The position numbers were made by a program, and so were the translations under genes. Below the pieces are notes generated by a model. The model searched no databases and had not been told where the DNA came from. It saw only the letters and a list, made by a program, of their open reading frames with translations. A DNA stretch of 64,000 bases from Paecilomyces variotii (Eukaryota), in the NCBI GenBank assembly GCA_004022145.1, contig RCNU01000001.1; one strand, 5' to 3'. This document shows positions 38,915 through 48,652 of this stretch, one piece after another (within the stretch, counting starts at the first letter, position 1; each line of letters begins with the position of its first letter).

Positions 38915-40364
38915 CTAATCGTACTGGAAGAGAACACTGATACTCTCGCCGTGATGGACGCGGCGAATGGCCTGATGTACTGTTAGTGTCCCTGAATGGC
39001 GCGAGAAGTTGACGATCTTACCTCAGCGAATACGTGACCGACTTCTAAGACCTCAAGCTTGGGGCATCTCCGCTTGTGCTCATCTTGGTCGACACTGTTG
39101 GTCACTACGACTTTGTCCAGCGCGCTGGCGTTGATGCGCTCAATGGCGTCTCCGCTGAAGATGCCATGGGTAACCAAGGCATAGACACGAGAGGCGCCCT
39201 CTTTCTTCAGCAGCTTAGCAGCTCTTGTGATAGTATTCGATGTATCAGCTAAGTCGTCAAGCAGGATTGCTATCCGATCTTTCACATCTCCGACCAGCAT
39301 CATGGTTGCGTTCTGACGGTCCGTGATCCTGATAGGACGACGTTCCTTTGTAACAGTTGGTTAGATTTCGTAACAAGGCTCACGTTAATATTAAAACATA
39401 CCTTGTGGATGAGCGCGAACTCCATGCCCATCGAGTCTGCAATGGCTGTAGCGCGCTTGGCACCACCTGCATCAGGACTGACAATGACAGCCTCTTTGTA
39501 GTTGGGGATGTTGCGTTGAATGTACCTCTTCAGCAGAGGTCGGCCATACAGGTTGTCGACCGGAATATCGAAGAAACCCTGATACTGGGGATCATGCAGA
39601 TCCATCGTGATGATGTGATCGGCACCGGCACAGGTGAGCAGGTCCGCGACAAGTGTACCAGGCTGCGCAACCCACTGCCTATAACCAGGACGCGGCTGGA
39701 AAGTGGCTGTCCTAGAAGAAGTGGACGTGACACTCACGTTATCATCGTTCGCATTTCCGTTCTGAGAGGCGCGATTGCTGCTTTCCGATCTCACAGAATC
39801 GATGGTGTCACTGCGAGTCATCCCATTTGCGCCTGGACGGCGCTTCTGGGGACTTCCGTTGGGCACAATGGAGTCATGTTCATCGAGTTGAGCTTTCACA
39901 AGTCCTTTCTGAAGGTTATCCACGCCATTGGCAAGGCTTCCGCTTTCGGCCTTCCCAGGATGCGGGGTAGCAGGGGTACTCTCGAATGTGTAGCAATTTC
40001 CAGGATCAGACTTGGCTGGCAGTGTCGACTTTCCAAGAGGAGCTCCGACCTTATTGTAGGGAATGTCGCTCTGGCGGGAGTAGGGGAACAGAGGCAGCAC
40101 TGCCGTCACCCGTCTAGCAGAAGCTGTTTTGCACGCAGAAATGGTGATGAGAAGCTCCATCAGGTGGTCGTTGACTTTACCACCGCCAGATTGGATGATA
40201 TAGACATCTTTTTCGCGAACGGATTCCCCAATCTCGACTCTTGTTTCGCCGACGGAGAATTTCGTGAGGAGCACATTAGCCTGGGGTACTCCGAGGTGGT
40301 TGCAGATCGTCTGGGTCAGGTGTGGATGGGAAGTTCCTCCCAGGACGACAATGTTCCGAACCAT
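38915..40364 (-). CDS. PRS5: Ribose-phosphate pyrophosphokinase, Prs5-type (with non-homologous insertion)
   Basis: MVRNIVVLGG, ESVREKDVYIIQSG, YSRQSDIPY followed by a long insertion, DLHDPQYQGFFDIPVDNLY, VSPDAGG, LLDDLADT; 2 introns; ends VLFQYD*. Confidence 0.93.
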
Positions 40365-41149
40365 CTTGAAGGAGGTAAAGTGACTGTGAGGTGGAGGAGA
40401 GGTGTGGAGGGGTGGCAGAAAAGCGGATAGCTAGAAACGCTGGTCGAGGACCGTTGTGCGCAGACGGCGGAAAAGTAGGGCGATCACAGCCGCTTTCGAG
40501 AGGCAGGCAGGGATTTGGTCAAGAGGGAGGACGGGCAACACAGCCGTTATTTCATGGCGGGGAGCGCGAGAGAGGATAGGCAAGTCCTGCTCTAGCAAGC
40601 CGACGAGACATTGGAAGTCAAGAAGCAAAGTCGGTCGTGTGAGTCTCGATGGAAAAGGCTGTTCCAAAGTAGTGGAACCGGCCTGTTCAAGGTTTGGTCT
40701 CGGGGTCACGGGCCTCGCAGGCAAAACGCTCCACCGCCCGCAAAAAAAAAACCCCGCGGCCGGCAAAAGCTAGATATGGCAACAACGCAGAAAAGAGTAG
40801 ATGGTCAGCAAGGCAGCATAGCATGCATCTCAGCGGTCCAACACCGTACACGATAACAAACACAAGCAGAAAAACAAACAGAAAAAGAAAACATGACGGG
40901 TGCCAGCTGTTCCATGTTACAGAGCTGGTATTTATACCTGCTTTACAAGTGGATTGCTGGTAGATACACACAAGGCAAGCCGGGACGCCAAACATCCGTT
41001 TCGGAAAAACAGAGACCTCATAGATAGCAGCTATCGTAACACAGAAACAAGCACAGTACATCTCCATGTGCTTCTACGAGTGAAGTGTACCTGCAGCCTT
41101 AAGCCGCTAGATAGGTCACTTGGCACTCTGGGAGCTCCAGAATAGTCTC

Positions 41150-41941
41150 TCAATCGCCCGTGTCGACTTCCCTGCAGCCACATAGTCAGCCTTCAGTCCA
41201 ATCCACAATGTTTCCTGTGCCACGCAGCATAGAATAGAAAGGAAGGGGATAATTGCTCACAAATCTAACTGGACCCCATTGCTCACACCGTAGTCTTCCA
41301 AAGTGAGCTGATCCTTGAATGGGCGTTCCCCTTGCCGCTTGAGCAGAATCTCATGCGGTTCTCGTCCAATGCGTGCAGCCACTTGGGCCTTGAAGAGTTC
41401 TGCCAATAGTCAGATTCGTCGACGCCATGATTATTTGTGGTGGTCATAACTCACTGATCGGGTCTGAAGGGAGACACGGGATAGCAGCTTTCGTTCCTAG
41501 ACGGTCATTGACATGAACGATGATAAACTCCTCGGATGATGCTGCAGCCGGCGCTGGTGCCTTTTCCTTCTTCTCCTTCTTCTCCCTCTTTCCATCACGA
41601 TCATGACCTCTCTCCTGGTTGGATGGTCTATCACGGGAGTCGTAGCCATTACCGCGTCTTCGGAATCGATCGCGGTCGCCATCTCTGTACCTGTCCCCAG
41701 CTCGATCATCATCACCATCGCGACGGGAGGGCCCACGATCGCCTCTATCCCTGTATCCACGCTCTAACGTCCGTTCATCACGGTATCTGTCACCATCATC
41801 GCGTCTCTTTTCCTTCCATCGAAATCCTCCATGACTCTTTCGTGGCCTCTCCCGGTCTCCTTCCGGTCCTCTCCTCGGTGACCTGCTCCGCCTGCGCTCT
41901 TCCATGCGCGGAGATCGTGACCGAGATCGTGATCTTGTCAT
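41150..41941 (-). CDS. HUB1: Hub1/UBL5-like ubiquitin-fold splicing factor with an N-terminal RS/RD-rich extension
   Basis: C-terminal IIVHVNDRLGTKAAIPCLPSDPI|KLFKAQVAARIG...FKDQLTLEDYGVSNGVQLDL|EVDTGD*; N-terminal RSRSRSRSPR and RD-rich region. Confidence 0.85.
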
Positions 41942-42369
41942 CTAGTGCGATCCCGGAGGGAGATAGAAGGAGTGGAGGCGAAGACCGATCAGTAGTCGTG
42001 GGTAAATAGCGTTGCAGGATAGTTAAAAAACGGAATGTGCAACTTAACGGCGGGGCTAACAAAACCGGGCACAACAATTCGCTTTTTTTTTTTTCAGGCT
42101 TCCTAGATATTAGCCTTGTCTGAGTGGTACACGATCTTGAGCAGGAGAAGCTCTTCTGGCCAGAGGGACATCTGCTGGGAGCACGTGATGATTGTAATCT
42201 GACCAGCGCTTAGCTTCCGGAGCTTCTAGGCCCATGCCCGTGCACATTGGAACTTTAGGGGAGCTTAAGTGCGCGATGCAAGACCCTCTCCTTGTGAGGA
42301 GGTAGCAACAGACGCAGCGTTGAATTCCTGTGTCTCACTATATACTTGGCCCTTCCGTCGTTCTCCTCA

Positions 42370-43133
42370 ATGGGTGTACATCTTACAGTACGTCGTCCTT
42401 CGACGACCACTGTCTCGTTTACGGTCTCCAATGCTTCTCCGCGCAGCACCCTCCCCGCGAAGCTCGCATTTTACCTTCAAGTCTTAATTCGTGGTTTACT
42501 CTTTATATCCACCTTATTAATCGATACGGCGGCGTTGCGATCCATATTCTTTTATGATAATGGACCCATTATTCCTTGGAAGGTTATCTGGTCAAGCCCA
42601 ATTGGGTCATTGTTATGTCGGACAGCAGACGCTTACAGCTGGAGGGTAATTGCGATCGCAAGCGCATTGGTCATATACGGCGTATTCAGGAAAGGATACA
42701 CAGGTCAGACTATTTGGCTCGGCCTCACAATTACTGGAACTCATAGCGAGTACTGACTCCCTTGCGAATATACAGAAGAATCGCTGCTTGTTATCCGTGG
42801 ACTCGGGATCCAAACGTCCACGTCTTCAGCCTCATACTGCTCGACCTCCGCGACTAGATTCATTCCAACAACGCAGATCCAAGATATTGTCATTCATGAG
42901 GCTTTCAAGGGATTTGAGGTCCGCTTCTACCTTGCCATTATTGTGGAGGGAGAACCAGACGTCGTCGTCGTGTTTCCGGTGAGTGGGAAGCTTGACCATC
43001 GCGAAAGTGTTAGGCATTCTGTTAACGAAATGTCCAAAAGAATCTGCTACCTAAAAGGTTGATCCTTGAGGAAGTATGGCGGGGAACACGTCAGTGTCTG
43101 TACGAGTCAAAGTCGGCATCTGTCTACGGTTGA
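42370..43133 (+). CDS. GPI15: GPI-GlcNAc transferase subunit PIG-H/Gpi15
   Basis: Two TM segments, then EESLLVIRGLGIQ...TRFIPTTQIQDIVIHEAFKGFEVRFYL...VVFP|NLLP..LEEVWRG; 2 introns. Confidence 0.9.
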
Positions 43134-43243
43134 AACGATAAATTTCTACTGCGGCGATCTATAGCGCACTTGAGATGGGCCGTGAACCCATTGGTGATAT
43201 GAATGGTTATTCTCTAGGTAAGTGGTGCATATATTACATGTCA

Positions 43244-45247
43244 TTATGCATTGTCAAGCTCGGCTCCTTGGTTCCTCTCTGTTCTCCTTTCCCTGCTTGC
43301 AAGATACCTTGCGTTTTGGACCTCCACTGCGTCCAGCTTCCTTCTCTTCATGACAGGCACATATTTGCCACCTGCCCTCGCCTCGTTTCCGCCATAGAAG
43401 ACTTTCTGACTGCGAGAAGGCTTAACTGCATTCGGGCCATCTTGGATAATGCTTTGATCACCCTGGCTCACTGCCAGATCCAACAATGCTCCTGCGAGGA
43501 CTTCATCGATCTTCCTCTGTCGCCATACAGACCACAATTCATCAACAATACCTCCGAGACCGAATTTGCCGTCCCCTTTACCAGTCAGAGATCCACTGAT
43601 GCTTGGATCGCCAGCATAAATCCACTCGAGCGCATCCGCGCGGCTACCGCTCGACTCGTCAGGGAATATACAGTCCCACAGCACCAGTGGAGCATCAGAC
43701 GCCATGTCATAAGCGGGCTTTCGAGGATTCTTTGCGATATCCAGCAGTTCGGGGACGATGCTAGGCGACTCCAATCCCTGGCCAACAAGGAAAAGAATGG
43801 CCACCATGTGCCGAACTTGGTGCCAGAGGAAGGCTGATCCATGGAGAGTGAAAGTGTACACCTGCGGGGTGGACGGCCACTTATCCTCTGACTGTGCCAC
43901 GTTGGCAGTGTTGCCGCCGTCTTTAAAGGGCTGGAACCCCGGCTTCCCAACATACCCCAGTGGATTCGACTTGGGGTCAACCAGTTCAATATCTGCATGG
44001 TATATGATACGTTCGAAATTCTCAATCTGCTTGCTGGTATCCAGCTTACAGAAGTTTCTGAAATCATGCACACCTTCGAAGTGCTTCGCGGCCTCTCGCA
44101 TGGCGTCAATATCCAACCAACCCTCCCTGTAAGGGTTGCCTGCGTTTCGCGCAAATCCAGCAGGTCCTGGAGTCGGGGAAAATGCAGGCTGCGTGAAGAA
44201 GTATCTGTACTGACGTTCCCGGCAGGAAAAGCGGGCGTCAAATCCAGGAGGCGGATGGGGGCACCATGCCAGTATTCGGATGTCCTCTGGAAGCACATTG
44301 TTCAAGATGTGTATGTATGGTAGTTCATTTGAAACATCATCCCACTGCGAGTCGGCTTCGCTCTCCACGTCTGAGATGTCAAGACCGGGTAGGGATGCAT
44401 CATTTTCAAGGACTTCGCTGTCTCGAGCAGCAACACCGGCTGACTCAACCTCTGGAGGAGGGCTCTTGCTCTTTACTGGCTTTTTGGGTCGCGCACTGCG
44501 TACTCGAAGGCTGATGACCTGACCAAAAGCGCTCACGCCTCGGTCTGTCCGGCCACACTTAGAATATTCACAGCCATCCCAGCTGATCGAGTACGGCCGC
44601 ATAGCCCTAGGTCCGTCTCCAATATCATCGTCGCCGGAAGCTCCCGTAGGAAATATGAGTCTTGTTTTCCGCAGCGCCTTCCACAATTCCTCCTCTATGG
44701 TAGGCAAAGGCGTCGTGTTCCCGTTCGCATGCTCGTAGCCGTTATATCGCTGCCCCAGATAGGCAAATTTGAGGGCGATGAAGCGCGTATGGTATTTCGA
44801 GGGATCGATTTCTCGCACCACTTTCGCAGGCTTGGTCGGCGAGGCCACGCGCGTGAAGTCATCAGGCGGAGGAAGCGGCTTTTTCTGCTTGGGGCTCGTT
44901 GGCGCTGCTACCGAAGGCTCAGAAGTAGCTTTCGTATTCACCCCCGCGACGGTTTCTGTAGACAAAGAACCGCTACCAGCTGAGGGTGCCGGGGCTGAGA
45001 GCTGGACTGTCTGAGCGTGCAGTTGGCGCTCCAACTCTGTGATCCTGGCGATCAAGCTATCTGTGCTCCAGGTCGAATAATCAGGACCCTGTGGCGCGAG
45101 AGCCTCGCCGAAGTTCGACATTGTCGCGACGGTCGTAGATCGATGATTTGAAGACTGCCACCGGATCGCAGAGTGTCGTGTAGAGCTCCAGAATTTTTCT
45201 GTAAGGCTACTGAAAAAGGTGGTCTTTCGGTGTTGCCTCCACATCAT
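43244..45247 (-). CDS. PUS3: tRNA pseudouridine(38/39) synthase, TruA family
   Basis: RFIALKFAYLGQRYNG, YSKCGRTDRGVSAFGQV, FDARFSC, GVHDFRNFCK, GSAFLWHQVR; intronless. Confidence 0.94.
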   Translation of the reverse strand: MMWRQHRKTTFFSSLTEKFWSSTRHSAIRWQSSNHRSTTVATMSNFGEALAPQGPDYSTWSTDSLIARITELERQLHAQTVQLSAPAPSAGSGSLSTETVAGVNTKATSEPSVAAPTSPKQKKPLPPPDDFTRVASPTKPAKVVREIDPSKYHTRFIALKFAYLGQRYNGYEHANGNTTPLPTIEEELWKALRKTRLIFPTGASGDDDIGDGPRAMRPYSISWDGCEYSKCGRTDRGVSAFGQVISLRVRSARPKKPVKSKSPPPEVESAGVAARDSEVLENDASLPGLDISDVESEADSQWDDVSNELPYIHILNNVLPEDIRILAWCPHPPPGFDARFSCRERQYRYFFTQPAFSPTPGPAGFARNAGNPYREGWLDIDAMREAAKHFEGVHDFRNFCKLDTSKQIENFERIIYHADIELVDPKSNPLGYVGKPGFQPFKDGGNTANVAQSEDKWPSTPQVYTFTLHGSAFLWHQVRHMVAILFLVGQGLESPSIVPELLDIAKNPRKPAYDMASDAPLVLWDCIFPDESSGSRADALEWIYAGDPSISGSLTGKGDGKFGLGGIVDELWSVWRQRKIDEVLAGALLDLAVSQGDQSIIQDGPNAVKPSRSQKVFYGGNEARAGGKYVPVMKRRKLDAVEVQNARYLASRERRTERNQGAELDNA

Positions 45248-45573
45248 CCACCTACCGGTGGCGGGACTCTCTGCGACCTAGACAATGTTCGTATCTCAAA
45301 ATGCTGGTCTCGATCGATGGAAATTTTAAGTTTCCTTGCCCTGATCTTATCTCGTACGGTAACGTAATACGGTACCGTAAATATCTATGGCCACGTGATC
45401 AGTAGCCGCCTCATCCTCTTCGACATCCAGCTTTGAGTCTTTACTACTACTTCTAGTTATAAACTTTTGGACCATTTCTGCCTGTTGCTGTTGGCTCCTA
45501 TGGACAGCTATTTCTTGTCATGAATATGGTTGTGTATTGACATCAACTGTTCTCCGCACCTCAATGATTCGCA

Positions 45574-46530
45574 ATGGCGGATGCGGTTAACAGAGAGACA
45601 GTAACAATCCTCTTGCTGGGAGACCCTGGCTGTGGTAAATCGACCTTCTTAACGTATGTCTACTCCTTTCATTTTCCTTTGTGCATAAGTATAATGGAAA
45701 TATTCTCTCCGTTCAACAAATGCCCAGAAATTGTCTCTGTATTTCTTTGCCTGCCTTGAATATTTTCGCGCTTCAAAATATATATCTCTGGCGGATTCAA
45801 CTAAACATGCATGATTTTGCTACGCAGTCGCTTAAAGGCGGGAGTAAAGAGGCCAGGCTCCCAGTTAGCGTCGCAACCACTAGATCCTTTACATGATGAG
45901 GACCAGCCTTTTATCTATGATATACGGTTCTCGAAGAAATGGTTCGTTCTCGAGTGCTACGATACTGCCAACCCAAATCAGCACTGGACGACGTTGAACC
46001 CGGATGTCGTTGTTTTGGCGTTTGATATCTCGAATAGAGATACGTTGGAAAACTTGAAAGCTGTAAGTTAATTCTCTTTAGCGTCTGGGCTTTTATTGGC
46101 TTGTTACTTCTTTTGTAACAAAGATGAATTCATGAACATGACTATTCTGTTCGATTGACTCATGCTCTGGTCTAGTGGCGCCAGGATGTTATCAGATACT
46201 TCCAAAGGGGCACCGGAGAGCGGATACCGGTGGCAATGATTGGTTTAAAGCGAGATCTCCGCGTTGAAGGGCCCAGCATTATATACCCTCAGGAAGTAAG
46301 TTGTCAGCCTTCAAATGCCTATGCGCCTTTAGTGTATCTTCTCAACAGAATTTTAACAAAGCTTGCAGGCATATCGGATAGCCCAAGAACTTCGCTGTGA
46401 CATGTACGCTGAATGTTCCGCTCTGACGGGCGAGCTCATGGCGGAAGCCTTTGAAGACATAGCAAGAATGGCGGCAATGACTACTACCGAACAAGGAGGT
46501 CAGACTGCCGGGGGTTGCATGATTCTGTGA
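45574..46530 (+). CDS. Atypical Rho-like small GTPase with C-terminal CaaX
   Basis: G1 GDPGCGKS, G3-like YDTANP, G4 GLKRDLR, G5 YAECSA, ends GGCMIL*; introns about 45654-45827, 46063-46175, 46296-46368. Confidence 0.88.
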
Positions 46531-46821
46531 CTATCTCATGGATGAAAGAATGCTGCTATCCTTACACAACCGCCAACAAAGATGATTAATATACAAGCCT
46601 TCCAGCTTATTGTCATTCAAGCTCTTTTTTTTCGCATGACCCCCACATTGCTTTCTCCATGAACGTCAACTGTGCTTTGAGCCCAAGTTCATTATTGTCT
46701 TCTGCATTTGTCTTTTATTTTATGATATAAGCCCATCACTACGCTAGCATCCAGCCAGCATCCATCTTACCACTTGTTGATATCCCAAAATTACACCCAC
46801 CGCTTGTTCTGGCTTGGTACG

Positions 46822-48003
46822 ATGAGGAAGAGAAAGAAGGTGAGCGGGCACTTTTCGCCCCTATTCTATCCTGTCAACTACAGTTTCCGTGTGACATTCG
46901 GACTACTGGTTAGGTATAGGCCGGGAGACTACACTCCACGGAAATGCAACCCTGGACAGTCACCTCTTCTAGATGGAATCGAACCGACGTACGCTTCGGT
47001 GCGAGAGAAAGTCATTCAGGTCTTCGCAGGTTCATTTCTCCGGGTTAATAAGTATGATGCTCGTGATCCTGATGCGAGGCGCTGGACTGTCAAAGCGAAT
47101 ATGATAGCCACACCTTTGCCTCACAATCGACTAGACGAACATGTCAACGTCTTGGGGTTTTGTCCCATGGATATCGTTAGTCCAGTTATACGTCCCCAGG
47201 AGAAACCCAGAATGAACTCTTTTGCAGAGATCGAGTATATGCTACGCATACTACGCAAAAATTTCAAGGTCATTGTTAATTCGACCTGCGGGCTGCATGT
47301 GGAGATCGGATGTTTTACCAGACTACAACACGGCCGTTGCATCAATAATGGGTTCCCACTGCAGACTCTCCGCAACTTCGCTCAGCTTGTTACCCTGTTT
47401 GAAGTTGAACTCAATGCGCTTCATCCCGTGGACCGTGCACTGTATGCGGATTATTGCCAACTTCCTAGTCAGCTCACAAAGAAGTCGCAAGACCCGGTTA
47501 CCTTATTGGACAGATGCAATGATCATACTACTTTACATGAAACCTGGCAGCAAGGCATAGCTATGTCTGATCCTTTGTTCAACGAAGCCCCGCCTGCATA
47601 TAGCTTTTCCAATATGCTAGGTAACCCAGGCACGGGGAGCAAACACTGCTCTCCAGGCATGATTGAGTTCCGTCAACATGCAGGCACAATAGATCCCGAG
47701 AAAGTTTACCACTGGGTCAAAGTTGCCGCACAGTTAGTGCGTTTTGCCCATGAATGTGGACTGGGAGGGCTACCTGCATCACTGCTCCGAAATCTCGATG
47801 AAGAGAGGCATTGCCCGAGCGGCCAGTTCGACACAATAAGTTTCCTCAGAACTATTGGTGCTATTGAGCAGGCGGAATACTATCGAGATAAGCTGAGGCA
47901 GTATCCTCGACCACTACCACGACACTTCGACTACCAAGAGCAGACAGATATCAGAGCTAGGTCTGATCTGGATATCGCTTACCCCGGATGCTCAAGTCAA
48001 TAG
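46822..48003 (+). CDS. Amidoligase_2-like (COOH-NH2 ligase superfamily) protein, degenerate
   Basis: Intronless; DIVSPV, VNSTCGLHVEIG, LNALHPVDR, MIEFRQHAGT motifs. Confidence 0.75.
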   Translation: MRKRKKVSGHFSPLFYPVNYSFRVTFGLLVRYRPGDYTPRKCNPGQSPLLDGIEPTYASVREKVIQVFAGSFLRVNKYDARDPDARRWTVKANMIATPLPHNRLDEHVNVLGFCPMDIVSPVIRPQEKPRMNSFAEIEYMLRILRKNFKVIVNSTCGLHVEIGCFTRLQHGRCINNGFPLQTLRNFAQLVTLFEVELNALHPVDRALYADYCQLPSQLTKKSQDPVTLLDRCNDHTTLHETWQQGIAMSDPLFNEAPPAYSFSNMLGNPGTGSKHCSPGMIEFRQHAGTIDPEKVYHWVKVAAQLVRFAHECGLGGLPASLLRNLDEERHCPSGQFDTISFLRTIGAIEQAEYYRDKLRQYPRPLPRHFDYQEQTDIRARSDLDIAYPGCSSQ

Positions 48004-48231
48004 TCACGCAGAAGAGAAGGTTACAAAGAAAAGGATGGAAACTAGGGAATTGAAGTCCTTCAAAGACGCTTCGCTGGCTCGTGATCATGGGAGGATTAAG
48101 GGAGGCTCTTAACGATATGATATTGCATACTAGGAACTCGATGGTTCCAGTATGCATACTTTTCTAGTTAGATTCATTGTTTCGTGCCAATGTTAAGTTG
48201 ATCTCCCAGCTCCGACGTCTGCACAGGCCCG

Positions 48232-48245
48232 TCGGAGAGCTCCGA
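48232..48245. promoter_or_regulatory. UaY-type (purine catabolism activator) binding site TCGG-N6-CCGA
   Basis: TCGG agagct CCGA about 410 bp upstream of the allantoicase ATG. Confidence 0.7.
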
Positions 48246-48315
48246 TACTTAAGACGCCAATGCCGGTACCGGTGGGCCATTTGTGTCCAAAAGACAAGAA
48301 CAATATCATTTAGAC

Positions 48316-48459
48316 TGATAAGAACCACAATTGATGAGCAATATTTCTACCATAGCGCTATTATTGGATTTCCTTCCCTCTGGGTGGTGCTTGTTCATTA
48401 TTCGATGAGATCGAGTAAGTAAGCTCGGCGGGAAGACAAGTCGTTCCTGTTATCGATAG
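48316..48459. promoter_or_regulatory. AreA-type HGATAR sites in the allantoicase promoter
   Basis: TGATAA at 48316; overlapping TTATCG/CGATAG at 48450-48459. Confidence 0.5.
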
Positions 48460-48652
48460 ATACATTAACAACACCTCCTCCTTCCCCTCCTCGTCTTCTC
48501 TTCGTTCCAATTCTCCTTCGACACCGTCAATGTTTGGAAATCCCAGCTAATTGATTGCCGTTCTATCCTGAATCATAAGTACACACCGTCAGGAATTCCA
48601 GTGGCCGACCCCAACCAAGATCAATCATCTCCGCCTTCCGACCCCGCACAGC

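Noticed and set aside
39357..40430. 357-aa antisense ORF over PRS5
   Set aside because: Shadow frame of a codon-biased gene; no recognisable motifs
43175..44298. 220-aa and 237-aa ORFs overlapping PUS3
   Set aside because: Antisense or alternative-frame artefacts
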